Shown here: positions 48,784 to 61,937 of the stretch, one piece after another
How positions within the stretch are numbered: the stretch's first letter is position 1
Layout of the letters: each line of letters opens with the position of its first letter
DNA from: Felis catus
Taxonomy: Eukaryota
DNA length: 64,000 nucleotides
NCBI RefSeq assembly: GCF_018350175.1
Contig: NC_058368.1
Span: 149,484,001-149,548,000 of the forward strand
Direction of reading: 5' to 3'
Program-made: the position numbers and the translations under genes
Notes under the pieces: model-generated
What the model saw: only the letters and a program-made list of their open reading frames with translations
The model's database searches: none
Told to the model about the DNA's origin: nothing

Positions 48784-48910
48784 CTTAAGTAGGCTCCACA
48801 CTCAGTGCAGAGCCTAAAGTGGGGCTTGATCCCATGACTCTGGAATCATGACCTGAGCCAAAACCAAGAGTCAGGCGGGTGCTCAACCAACTGAGCTGCC
48901 CAGGCATCCC
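48665..48910 (-). mobile_element. Can-SINE (older type) with (AG)~22
   Basis: 'aggctccacactcagtgcagagcct..atcatgacctgagccaaaaccaagagtcag'; degenerate TSD tgcatatcaggtt / tgcacatcaaggtt. Confidence 0.93.
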
Positions 48911-49125
48911 TGCACATCAAGGTTTTGAAAAGTCCCTTAGTAAAGTAGCAGGTTGGGGTTTATAAGTTACATTAATTAAAATAAAACCACCATGTTTGGG
49001 AGAATTCATTTCAGAGGTTGTTTTCTCAAATGTTAGTATTTTCTAAGGAAATTTCTTCAATAATTTATTAGGTATTGGAATCGAGTGGAAAAATAAAACA
49101 TGACACAATTCAAAAGGAATAACAA

Positions 49126-49336
49126 GGGGCGCCTGGGTGGCTCAGTCGGTTAAGTGTCTGACTTCAGCTCAGGTCATGATCTTATGGTTCATGAGTTTGA
49201 GCCCTGCATCGGGTTCTGTGCTGACAGGTCAGAGCCTGGAACCTACTTCAGATTCTGTGTCTCCCTCTCTCTGCCCCTCCCCTGCTCACACTCTGTCTCT
49301 GTCTGTCTCTCACAAATAAATAAACAAACAATTTAA
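49126..49336 (+). mobile_element. Can-SINE (SINEC_Fc-like)
   Basis: ggggcgcctgggtggctcagtcggttaag head; TSD aaaaggaataacaag at 49112-49126 and 49337-49351. Confidence 0.97.
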
Positions 49337-50227
49337 AAAGGAATAACAAGAAGATTTGTAATTATTTGGTAGGAAAAAAAGGGAAAGCCATGAATCTGTA
49401 TCTGTCCACTTGTAAAATTTTCTTTCAAATGAAATTTATTTAAATACTACTATTCTAATTCAGTTAGAGCATATATATAGAATAGTCCATAAACTACATA
49501 TATAATTGCCCAAGAAATTGACTGATCATGAATTTCAGAACAGTAGTAGACTCATAAAAAAAACTCAAAAAAAAAAAAACTCCTACATTTTTAGTAGGAC
49601 TAAAAAACCAAGGACATGAATTGTCACCTTAAGTTTCAGAATGAAGATATGTTCTCTACTTAACATAGAGAAGAATAGAAGTGTTTTTGGCTGCAACATG
49701 GTTTTAAAGTACTTATTATTTAAAAATATGGTTGTAGGAGAATATATGTTTTGGGCTGAACTCCTAATAATTTTTCAGCAGAGTTTAAATTATCTTGAAC
49801 CCAGTAACTATATTTTTGGAGTACTATAAAATGACTTAGCAGAAAGATTGCAAGAGTTTTAGTTAAACATGTGAGTAGCTATGCTACCAATCAAATATGT
49901 GACTTTGAGCAAGTTACTTAATGCTTCAGAGTCTCAGTTATCTCTTTTATGAAACTGAAAATGACACACTCTCAGCCTGTGGAGGGCTAGGGAAAAAATA
50001 CTAGTTTTTTTCTTTGCCGTTTTTTTTCTTTTTTATGTTTTGCTTTTTTTTTTTTTCCTCCCTGGCTCCTCTCTTCTATGGCCCAAAGTCATATCATCAT
50101 ATTGAAATGCTTATACTACTAAAAAAAAAATTAACTACTTTTGTAATTTTTATATTCTTAATACTAGAAATTAATTTTAAGAGGTTCTAGCTATGTAGAC
50201 AGTATCATTTAAAAAAGGGATGTTTGT

Positions 50228-50462
50228 GGGGCGCCTGGGTGGCGCAGTCGGTTAAGCGTCCGACTTCAGCCGGGTCACGATCTCGCGGTCCGTGAGTTCG
50301 AGCCCCGCGTCGGGCTCTGGGCTGATGGCTCAGAGCCTGGAGCCTGTTTCTGATTCTGTGTCTTCCTCTCTCTCTGCCCCTCCCCCGTTCATGCTCTGTC
50401 TCTCTCTGTCCCAAAAATAAATAAACGTTGAAAAAAAAAATTAAAAAAATAAAAATAAAAAT
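50228..50462 (+). mobile_element. Very young SINEC_Fc-type SINE
   Basis: CpG-rich head with intact A/B boxes, long A tail, perfect 16-bp TSD aaaaagggatgtttgt (50212-50227, 50463-50478). Confidence 0.98.
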
Positions 50463-53124
50463 AAAAAGGGATGTTTGTCTAATTAGATCACTTTTCTACT
50501 CAACATGGACATATAGATATTTACCTTAATATTAAAACATTTCAAGGAAGAAACTTGAAACTAGGTAATAGCATAGGTAAAGAGAAAAAACAATACAAGC
50601 AGAAAAGGCAGCATGGGGGTGAAAAAATTTAATTTTGAATGCCATTAATAAATGGTCTTTACAGTTTGAAAAATGCTTTGTTCATTCAGTGAATGAATTT
50701 CTTAATATCTACTTTGTATCAGCCTTTATGCCAGGTCCTAGGGATAAAAAGATGAATAAGACCTGGGCCATTTACAAATTAATAAAGAATTGACATACAA
50801 TTTTAAAATTCCCTTTTAAAGTTCAAGTGCAACAACACAATGATTTGCAAAGTATCACAAAATGAGCATAGTGATGAACTTTATCAACTGGGGGTGGTGC
50901 TTTACAGAAGGTTGTTAAGTACTATTCACAACTAACGTTTGAAGCTGGAAAGGAGTTGATGCATTATCCCTGTTTCAGAAATGAGGGCTACCAGAGTTCA
51001 ATGACTTTTGCAAAGCTTAAATCAGGCCTCAAAATCAAGTGTAATTCCTAAACCATTGCTTTTTCCAGAATGATCAAGTACTCAACCCAATCTATCTGCA
51101 CCATACTCTTTCCATCTATCCCGAGAGTTTTAAAATCATTTTCCATCCATCAATGTAAAGAGGCTGCAATGCCATATTACTCTTGGACTCAGTAACGAGG
51201 AAGATGGTAGAATTATCATGTATGATGCCAATAAGACATTATAGTTCACCATCATGGAATGAATGCTTGCCTCATTTCAATTTCATGCAGAAGTTCGGCC
51301 AGAGAAATAAGATTACAGAATATTTAACTACTGTATTTTTCAGTAATGCAGTCTTGGTGAAGGCATGATGGCTAGATAGAATAAGTGGTCTAGAGATCCC
51401 CTTTCATCAAAATAACAATTCAAACCTAGGGTTTCAAATGTACAGAATTGAGTGTTATTCTTGATCTGCCTATACTGAGTTTTTACTGAACACCAGATTC
51501 CTATTATTGTGTTTCAACCAACAGCTGGGTATGAACATTAGATATCCAAGTACACCAATGTCCCAGGGGACTTTCACAAGCACTCCTTTTAAAGTTAAAG
51601 CTCAGTGTTAGCTTCTACCAAACTAAAGGCATTTTTTCCCACCTTGTAAATACTGTTTGGTGAAACAATAAATTTAAAACCCAAGATGCTGCACAGTTTT
51701 TTCAAAATTTAATAGTTTCTTCATTCCCCGTGGATTTTTCTTTCTATTTTATGAATATCATTTTATTATCTTTTTATTTGAATTGCTCTTATAAGGAAGC
51801 ACAGGGAACAGAAGTAAAATAAGAATGTGATGTGTGTATGACATTTCTTAGGTTATTCCAACATGCCTATACATGAAACAGAATTTTTGTTTTCTTTCTA
51901 AATGTAAGCTATGATTTTTAAGGTTGAATTTATGAGCCATAACAGTTTTTAAACAAAAGATAGGGATGTTTGGGTGGTGTCTCTTACTTTTTGAACTTGC
52001 CCTAACATAGATGATGTATGTCCCTTCTTCAAGTTATAATTTATCTTCATAGTCAAAGACAGAAAAGATAGACAATATGAGGATAATTTCTTCCTCTTTC
52101 AATTCTCTTGAAATATAAAGTTTTTATTTGGTGAGTGTACAAGTTCAGAGAGCCATTTGAGTACCATACTGAGATATGCAATTGCAAAGATTCTTATCAT
52201 CACTTAAAATGTGTTATATGTTCACTTGAACTCCTTCTTTCCTTCAACCATTGATTTTATATAATAAAAATTATTCAATAGTTTATATGACACTGCTAGT
52301 GGCTTATTCATATTCAGGGAGAAATTTTATTCTTATAAACATATGCCCCTATTTTATCAATTTTTTTAGACTGAGAACATAATATTTTATATACCTATAT
52401 ACAATGAACATTTTCAGTTGCAGTTAAAGACATCACTAATGTGGACAATACCATCTCTTTACCTATCTGTCTATGAACCCAATTCAGAAGAGAGACAGAG
52501 GCATAGAGTCCTGATGACACGTACCACATAGGTGTCTACTTACAATGTCAGCTTTGGGAAATGGTCCCTCTCAGTACTGGTGTCCTTCTGCCTGCCTTGG
52601 GGAAGATGCATGTAAAAGCGGCTTCAGAAATGGCAACCTATTCCCCACCCAGCCCTTCCACACTGTCTTTTTCACTCTCCCTGAGACTTCAGATGCTGAC
52701 AGAAGCGGCCTCAATGCCATTTCTGCATGCGGAATAGGAAAAAGCAGAAACATTTGAGTCCTCAAGTTCTCCCCTCTTCCTTCTTCTAGCCCCTTAGGAG
52801 CAAAATGTTGCCTGCTGAACTATTTCCAGAAGTCTCTTAGGGGAAAAGGGAAAGTTCAGAGAAAATGCAGGAAGCCTGATAGACTAAGTGGAAGCAGGTG
52901 ATCAATCACTGAATGGGATGGAAAAGAAGAAGAGAGGTAAACACCTACGATTATCAGGAAAATATTATGTGGTTAGGAATAGAAATGGAGAGAGAAAGCA
53001 ATTCAGGATCACATCTCATGTTTGTGAGAGATTTGGGTAGCAACCAGTGACAGAAAGAGGTGTTTTAAAGATTATATATTAATAATGTTCTCTTTCTAGA
53101 GTTTCTTCTGGAGTAATGTTTATC

Positions 53125-53318
53125 AAGTATGCTGTTGATATTAAAATAGCTCTTAAATGTGCAGGACTGTCCCACACATTGCAGGATGTTTAGCATCTCT
53201 GATCCCACTTACTAAGTGCTAGAAATGTCCCTCCCTCATCATAATAACCCCAAACATTTCCACACATTTGCAAGTGTCTCCAAGAGACACAACTGCTACT
53301 GGTTGAGAAACACAGATC
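53125..53318 (+). mobile_element. MER20-like hAT-Charlie element
   Basis: 'ggactgtcccacacattgcaggatgtttagcatctctga..cacttactaagtgctag', end 'ctggttgagaaacac'. Confidence 0.75.
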
Positions 53319-55544
53319 TAGAAATGGGGTGTGTGTGCGCGCATGCACATGTGTGTGTATGGGTACAGGTGAACACACATGAATGTGTATTCCAGTCACA
53401 TATGTGTAATGTAATTCTCACATATACTATATTTGGAGCACCTGGATAGCAGGTATATTATTTTACATACATAAGAAAGTGGACTTTAAAATGAAAAGAA
53501 AGAAGTGTGTTTCTAAAGGCAATTAAATGATATGAAAGGCAAAACAGGAAAAATCAATAAAGGAAGACAAAACTTCTCCACTGCCTGCTATGCAGTATAA
53601 TTTACCTAAAATCATAAGATGGTTCAGTGATAGGACTAGTATTTAAACCCAGGTAATCTGATTCTAAAACCCATAATGTATTGTGTGTTGATGGACAAAC
53701 ACCAGCATGGTTAAAAAAGTAATAATGAATACTTTATACAATGTAAGTAAAAACAAAGAATATTTTTTCTGTAGGATTAAACAGCATCCAAACCTGATAC
53801 GAATCATCCTCCCACTTGTAATCTAGTAATGTTATATGTATCATGCCCTCCATCTATAGATGTGGGGAGATTTTGAAGATAAAAGCTAAGAAATGCGACA
53901 TGAACGTTCTCAAAAAGGCTCACTCAAATTCAATTTCATTATCAGCAAATGACATGGTTTAGAGAAAATGACCAGAAAAGAATAAGTCTGTGTCCTAAGA
54001 AAAATGCTTGATTTCTTGACTTGCTTGGGCTATGGGCCAGAAGCATTAGTAGAAATGTATTATTATAAATTTAATCAAAAATTATATATTATTCATTTCA
54101 CTGTTGCTTTGGAAAGAGATGCTTTTACTGATATTACTTCTGCGTATTAAGTGAAAATCATCTCCTTGATTAAAACAGTCTTCAGATGAAAATGTTCTTG
54201 AGCATGACTTGATTCCCTCCTTTCACTTTCCCATTGGCAAGAAGGAAATCCAAGCCCTGCCCAGAACAACTTGGATGTGACTTGTGCCTAGCTGCCAGCA
54301 TGCAGGACTAGAAGTGGTCACAATAGCAGAGGCAACGGGGTTGTGGCCCCTGTGAGCCCTTTAATGTTACAGAGGAAATTGAAAGGAATTCTCAAAGCCT
54401 CAGGATAATTATCACAAAAAGACTTCATTCATCAGGATGACACAGATTCCTACTGGAGGTCAGGGCCATCCCTAGGGCTTTATTCCTTCCTATGGCACCT
54501 CCCTACAGTCACAGAGTTTAGAACAGATTTCACCAAGGACACTTTCCTCTGCAGTTTTTTTTTTAGGACAAGAAGCAATTCCCTGACCTATTGCTGCCGG
54601 TACAACTAGACTGGCTTTCTTCGGCTCAGCAATCTGTAGGAGTGTGCTGAGTCAGATAAGATGCAAAGGGCTCAGTTTTATAAGATTACTATCCTTCCCC
54701 CTGTACACATTGCAAATTCAGTGGACCACAATTGATCAACTCTTTCATTTAAGCATCATCTCGGAAACTCATTGCAGTTATTATTGCTGAAAGAATGCCC
54801 TGCAAATAAAGAATTGAGGTGTGTCAAAAAAAGCCCTTTTTTCTCTATTTTTTTCCAAATGACAGGTGATAGTGATGGAAGTAATAACACTGGCAATGTA
54901 GTCCTTTCTGTTAGAAATGACTTTGCCCTGGGTCTCAAAATCCCTTTGTATTTTAATTATATAAACATATCATTGTATGTGTGCATAGAAGGCTGGAGAG
55001 GAGAAGAGAGAGAAAGCTTACCCTAATGGCTTTTGATCATTTGGTCTTTTGTTTTGTATTGCAAACATGTCTTTTAGTTTTAGAAGCCAGTGTACATAAT
55101 TCACTGAAGCAGCAAAAACAGGAAATGCATATGATAGAATGTCAAATTTGTTCCCTTTAGCTGATTAAATTGATTATTTTAACCAGACAGTAGACTAATC
55201 TTTTTTTAATGCCATATAATCACAGGTTCTGTAATACCTACTGAGGAAAGACATTTCAGTTATGAATATTCCTGTGGTTCTTTTTTCTTTTTCTAGGCAT
55301 AATTTTAAAAGAAGTCAGAAGGGTTGGTTTTCCTTTGATCAGTAAACTCAATACCTAAACCTCCATATAGTGAATACAAGTTAAAGGGCCCAGAGGCAGG
55401 TAATAGCATCTGATAGAAGACCCTTGAAGAGGTTTGAAGGATTTCAAAAAAGAATTTGAGACTTCTATATCTTTTTTGTCATTTACTTCAATCTACAAAG
55501 AAGCTGCAAGTTGAAAATAAAGTGGCTATTAAGAAAGTTTTCTA

Positions 55545-55761
55545 AAATAAGATAAAAACAGAGAGCAAGGAAAACCAAAAGAACAACCTGAGGTTTGCTG
55601 GAGGGGAGGTGGGTGAGGGATGGGTTAAATGGGTGATGGGCATTAAGGAGGACACTTGATGGGATGAGCTTGGGTGTCATATACCAGAGATGAATCATTG
55701 GGTTCTACTCATAAAGCCAAGACTATGTTAACTAACTTGAACTTAAATTAAAGAAAAAATA
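55545..55761 (+). mobile_element. Short carnivore L1 3'UTR insertion
   Basis: 'gggatgggttaaatgggtgatgggcattaaggaggacacttg'; TSD aagaaagtt(tt)cta on both flanks. Confidence 0.9.
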
Positions 55762-56509
55762 AAGAAAGTTCTATTTTAAATGACTTTCGAAAGTTTCTGG
55801 CCTTATTTCGTGGGACTGTGAATGATGAAAAGCACAGTTCTGAAATATGCATCATAGTATAGTCTCACCCCAAACAATTCACCAACCCTCCCTCAGTTAT
55901 AAAAGCTAGCTTTTAGGCCTCTTAAGTATTTCATTTGGCTGATCACTGGTCTTTTTACTCTTTATTCAAGTATCCCTTTGAAACAAAGATCATCTTGTCA
56001 AAATATATCCCAAATAATCCATGAAAGACAACCTCTTTTGTAGCAATGACCTGATGAAAAATATCTCCCAAGGACAGTTCACATTGTGTAAATTATTCTT
56101 GAATTCCATCATGAAGTTAGAAGTCAATTTCTAGTTTCTTGTGAAGTCCTGAAATAGGTTACTGCTGTAAGTTCCATCACCTGTCATGTTATAGTAGCAA
56201 AGAGCACATACTCACGTTAATGGTTTTAATAAGCAAAAGAAATGCCAGCAGCAATGGTGCAATACGCCTAGGACACTACAGATTAACATGGTCATGTTCC
56301 TCATTTAATATTTACTAAGGATCTGATGGCTACTTGACTCTAAAATAAGCACTATAGAGATTTTAAAGAATATTGAAAGAATGTTGCTTCCTGGGAATCT
56401 GTTACCTGAAAAGACTCATTACAAGTGTATAGATCCAATAAGATAATGTAATCCCTTTAATTCAGCCAAAACAGCAAAGTCATACAAGTAATCGAAAATA
56501 CAGGTGATA

Positions 56510-56660
56510 CAATCACAAAAATAATGAGAAAAGACCTTAGATATAATTTGTTTTAATTCCTCTCATTTTATTGATGAAGAAACTGAGGTCCAGAAAGTAA
56601 ATGACTTGCTTCATCATGCTCAATTGGATGTTCAGGCCTGAAATCCATTTTCTCATTAGC
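56510..56660 (-). mobile_element. MIR/MIR3
   Basis: 'tctcattttattgatgaagaaactgaggtccagaaagtaaatgacttgc'. Confidence 0.8.
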
Positions 56661-58239
56661 TAAATGAGGTTTAGTGCACATGAGATATCTCGGGTCAGTT
56701 TCCATGGGTATGGCTCCTCTGACTCTTTGGGTATGGATAGATCTGTGAATCTGCTCTTATACATCATACACTCCTAACATAAAATGCAGAAAATAAAAGA
56801 CAAGATAGCCACAATAAGTCCTTCCATACCAAAAAAAAATTTTGAACGGTAAGCAGAGAGTAGTCACTGGTTTATTGCAATTTTGAATTATTGCTAGATT
56901 TATATTTTCAGTACTTGATCCGGGCATAATCTGTCTCCCAAAAAACTGATTGTCTGAGGCTTTTGGTTTCTCTCTCTGACTCAACCTACCTTTTCCATAA
57001 GAAACTACTCTTTTTGTAGTTAAGTAGATTTTTCAGCCTGTTTCCTGCTCATGGCATGTTGGGCCTCTTGCTATAGAACATTACACTATCAGAGAGGTCA
57101 TGACTAATGGTGACTTTAAACTATTAAAGAAAAGCTGTAAAGAAATGGAGATAAATCAGACAGGGAACAGAGAAGTAGATTTAAATTTGACCATTTCCAT
57201 TAAAAAAAAAGGAGTACATACTTAAAATGGAATGAATACCATGGACATGGCTTTTTGTTGGAATGTCATTCAAACTAAATTAAATTGAAAGACAATACTT
57301 TTTAAAAACTTATTCTCTTTTCCTCAAGAAAATTGGAGTTATTAAAAATACTTTTTTGTTTTTAATCATGAAAATCATAATTAATAGAGATAAATTTTCA
57401 ACACTTAAGTAATCATCTCTTTAATAAACAGAAAAAATACACTACATATTTTTTCCTTCTGGCTTTCTCTAGTATTTCATTATCAATACCCAAACAACAC
57501 AGAACTTAATAAAGGAATACATGGTTACCACAAAGTCTTTCTTGGAGGAACTAAACTGTTAACCTAACTTGGAGGGGAAAGTACTTTGGAAGGCAAGATG
57601 GCAATTTCTGGTAGATGAAATACAAAAGTAGATAAGACTAATGAATACTCTCTCTACTGAAGTTTTGTGGCCTTTTCATTTGCTCCAGAGACTAGGACAC
57701 AAGAGGAATTAAAATGTCTTTGACAAGATACATGAATTTACTATTTTTCCTTCCTTTTATATTCATAATCTAACAACTTTTATAATTAGTCTGTGAATGC
57801 CTCACTTACTAATAAATTTTAAACTTATGTGAAAGGATTCATTTGGGTGGTATATAATCTTTATTTTTAAGGTGCAATTTGTCAACTTAAACTAATTAAA
57901 CTTGTAGTTGTCATGTTTCCTATGCTTCTTGGAATTCAAATTAAGAATTTGATATCACATCTTTAATAGGTAATGAACATTTTGTGACATTTGTTTTTTC
58001 TAATTAGCCTATTAAACATTGTGTAAGAATTGCCTGTTGATTGAAGTATTCTCCTTGTTGTTGCAGAAATAACTTTGCCCATTATTTCAACTAGCCAATG
58101 ATTTTTTAGTTCAAAAAGTCACATCAAAAATTACCTATGTCAACTGTTCTATTCTCTTGGTACTTTTAATTTTTCATTGGTGTAGCAAAACTTTGTATTA
58201 TCCATCAAATAGCCTATAACAATAGTTAGACACAACTGA

Positions 58240-58240
<1 letters not shown>

Positions 58241-58284
<44 letters not shown>
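58241..58284. repeat. (AC)22 microsatellite
   Basis: Directly visible, pure. Confidence 0.99.
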
Positions 58285-58286
<2 letters not shown>

Positions 58287-59498
58287 TATGTATATATACC
58301 AAACTATGCTCTCAGGACAAGCTGTTAAGTATTTGTTATTGATAATAATCTCTAACTAACATAATTACTCTTTAAGGATTTTAAGGTAGACTGAGGTAAT
58401 CACAGAAAGTTTCATGAGAAAAGATTCTTGAGAAATGGTAGAAAATAGTTTAATAGAAAGGGGAGGAAGAACACTTAGACTCAGGAGTGTAAAATAGAAG
58501 GAAAATATTTCTACCATATGAACAGGTTATAAACACATGCTAGTGAATTAAAAGGAATGGGAGTGAGTAAATGGGGAAAGACTTTTTCTTACTCCTGATA
58601 TTTGCACCCCACACTTATGATTGCTCCTTTGGCCCAGAACATAGATTGACTTAAAAGATATCCTGAATACAAGCATGTTAGTCATGATTATGAAAATATT
58701 GATAACTTCTCATGAAAATATCCTCAATGAACTCTTCTAAGTCAATTAAGTATTTTGATCATTATTCTTAGAGCAGTTAAAGAATTTCTTTTTTTTCTTT
58801 TTTTCTCTTTAAAAATATTTTAACTGGAATCATTCATTTTTTTTTAAATTTGCTAGGAATATTTAATTATTTTTTTATCTGTACCAATCTTATAGATTAT
58901 GGCTTTGCCATTATGATTTTTATTCATTGGTTAAATTTAAAAAGTGACCATTTTGTGATAAAGGTGGAGAAGAGAAGCAAAGGGACGAGATGATGGACAG
59001 GAGGAGAGAGAACAAGAGTAGGTGAATAAGACAGAAAAGGGGAGATCTAGAAAGAGAAACAAAGGAAGAACAACGAGAGACAGCAAGGTTACAGTGATTT
59101 TGTTTTATGGCTCATTAGGTCCAGAAATGTCTGGCAGAGTAAATTATAATAATAAGGTCAAAATGATGGGGCTAAAATGGCCTTTTATATAGCTAACCAG
59201 AAAATGCATATATGGGACATATGTTTGAAAATATAGATTGTGGAAGACCTAAATAAACAGATAATGAATTTGTATTTTATGCTGTTGGCCAATGTTTTGC
59301 CAAAAGATATTTCACATAGACCTAAGGATCCATAACTAAAGCTTTATTTAAATAAGCAAGGAAAATACTGTATATGGTGTCTCCCCTTTGAAAGAGTGAC
59401 AGTACATACTAATATTTTGACAGCTCTACGGAATGCTGAGAAAATAAAGTTGGTGAGAATTTGTTAAATCATTTTTACCAATCTTAAAGACAAAATAC

Positions 59499-59500
<2 letters not shown>

Positions 59501-59542
<42 letters not shown>

Positions 59543-59555
59543 TGTGTGTGTGTGT
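59501..59555. repeat. (TG)n microsatellite with CGCG core
   Basis: Directly visible. Confidence 0.98.
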
Positions 59556-61844
59556 AAGTAAAACTCTATTTGCATCTTGTAAATTATACTATGGGAGTGT
59601 AGGCAGGGGTGACCACAGTTGACTGTTTAGCCTGAGAAAGACAATACAGGCATAGAGTTTAAGAAAATAAAATCTCAGGGTGTATAATAGATGATGAAGC
59701 AGACTATGACTGAAAACAGGAAGGCCAATTAATAGGCTACAGTAATAATCAAGGAGAAAGACAAGGTCTTAGGTTGATCTAGGGATAGCGGGATATAAAG
59801 AAATAGGTAAATATAAGAGAATTATATTAGAGATGTTGGTTGGTACCAGGCCAGTAGCCTCTCCTGCTGTGGTCACCTTTTATACCATGTCACTGCATGA
59901 CTTAATTGAAGCATGGTGGGAATCTAATCCAAGGTGACTTGTCCACAACTGGTTGGAAAATATGACTTCTATGGTATGGCTTAAAAATAGAAGTTAGACC
60001 AGATTTCCTGTTAAAGAGTTTGAAATTGTGAAAAAAAGAAACTGTGACTTTTAGCACATAGAAACAGATGGGTGTTGTGGAGAGACAGAGAGAGAGAGAT
60101 ACTATACACAATGCTCATTTCTTATGTTAAATTTATATGCTGCTTAGATCCCAAATCCAGATTAAGGCTTGTCTTGTATGAAACATCAATAGCATTGATG
60201 CTACCATTTTCACTGTGCCCTCTTGAAATACTAATCTTCATGTTTGTTTTTTCCCACTCTTGTATATGAGATCTCTTGACCAGTGAGTCAGAGATACCCA
60301 TATTTTCTTGCAGAAAAATAGGATTTTTTACAGTAAGAATGAAAATGGCAAGAAGTAGTCAATGTAGAAGGGAAGCCTGAAAAAAGCATGGCATAGAGTT
60401 TATACCACAGCAGTTGAACAGAATAAAGACTAGTGGAAAAACAGACCACCTCACATACATACACACATCCAGAGAATACAAGTTTATCTGGGCAAGGGAG
60501 GAAGGCAGAGGGAAATTGGAAAGAGGAACTGTGTGGGACATGTCCTTACAGCAAGTCAGGGAGTGGGAAAGGGGTAAACCTGGGTCATGAATAACCTTGT
60601 GCCGAGAAGTAATGTCCTCAAGGGGAGATTGCCCATCAGTGTTAGTGGCCAGCAGCACAGAGTCTTATGGAAGTCAAGCCAACAAATAGAGATTACTCAT
60701 CACCTGGGCATAGCAGGATGTCTCTGGTGGTAGGGTGTGTGGAGATGACTGCCCTTTGCCCATGGGACTTCTAGATTAAATAGTCATGCCAGTGACCCAA
60801 GAATTTGGTAGGCCCCATCTGGAATGACATTCATGGGTCTCCCAAGTTGGGAGATGAAGGTATGCAACATCTAGAGGTAGAGATGGTGAGAAAGGAGAGC
60901 CCCAGCATTGATAACTGGGGAGGACCTGACAATGGTATATAATGTCACTGCTAAACATGAAACAGAATAGATTTTCTATAAAAATTTTATTTTGAAATTT
61001 CATTACTTTTATGAACCTAACTATAAAAGGTCAAATTGAACATAGTTTTATCTCCACGTCCTTAAGCTAATCAGAATGGAAATAAAATTGCATAAAACAA
61101 AAATCTCTCTAACTTTATTTAATAATAGCACATTGCTTTGTTTATTCCAAAACCCTCTGGATCTGAATACCACCCATGTAGAAGAAATTACAAACTAAAT
61201 GAAAATATTCCACATTCCATACCTAGCAATTTAATTTGTAAGCCTTTATAACCCTAAAATTGCTTAAGTATTATTTTTATATTTTATATTTTAGCTTAGA
61301 ATGAACTAGTGTAACATACTACTGGTTTTATGTACCTTTTCACTTATTATAGTTAGTATTCCTAAAATACAATTTTAAAATCTTATTTTTATGTTATATT
61401 TATGCTTTGTCTTATGATTTTTCAAGCTCTTATATTAGTTGTAACCAATAGTATACACACTGAAACTCATTTTTCATCCCTTGAAAAGAGAAAAAAATCC
61501 ACTAAACAATTAACTTGGCTAGACTTTGGGGAATTTTACAAGGCATCTGTAGCAATTAGATTTTCTTTTTCTACCTTGAAAATATAAACTGCTTTCTTTC
61601 TTCCTTCCAATAAGCTATTGATCTCTCAGCTGTTATAATCTATTCTTGTGGTCTGTGTAAGCCCTGAATGAACTTTCTTTGATTCAGTAACATTAAACTT
61701 TTTGACTTCTCAAAAACAAAACAAAATAAAACAATAACCAAGGATCCCACTAACATTAAATCTGATGTTTATAGTCTCAATTCTTTTTTGTTTTCTATGC
61801 TGTCTCTATGTGAGTTCCTGTTAACATTTCCTTCATCTGAATTC

Positions 61845-61937
61845 TCTGTTTTTTTGTTTCTTTCGTTTTTTTGTTTTTTTGGGTTTTGTGTGTGGTGTTG
61901 TGTTTTGTTTTGTTTTGTTTTGTTTTGTTTTGTTTTT
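61845..61937. repeat. (TTTTG)n / T-rich low-complexity tract
   Basis: Directly visible; accounts for ORFs 61795-62142 and 61879-62088. Confidence 0.9.

Noticed and set aside
50228..50310. tRNA-like A/B boxes
   Set aside because: tRNA-derived SINE head followed by SINE body, tail and TSD; not a tRNA gene
1913..50414. ORFs over SINEs (e.g. 1913, 11136, 12496, 12612, 19206, 46258, 49137, 50205)
   Set aside because: Read-through of Can-SINE bodies and (CT)/(AG) tracts, not genes
50681..50697. ttcattca-g-tgaatgaa palindrome
   Set aside because: Derived from the (CATT)n tail of an L2 fragment; common
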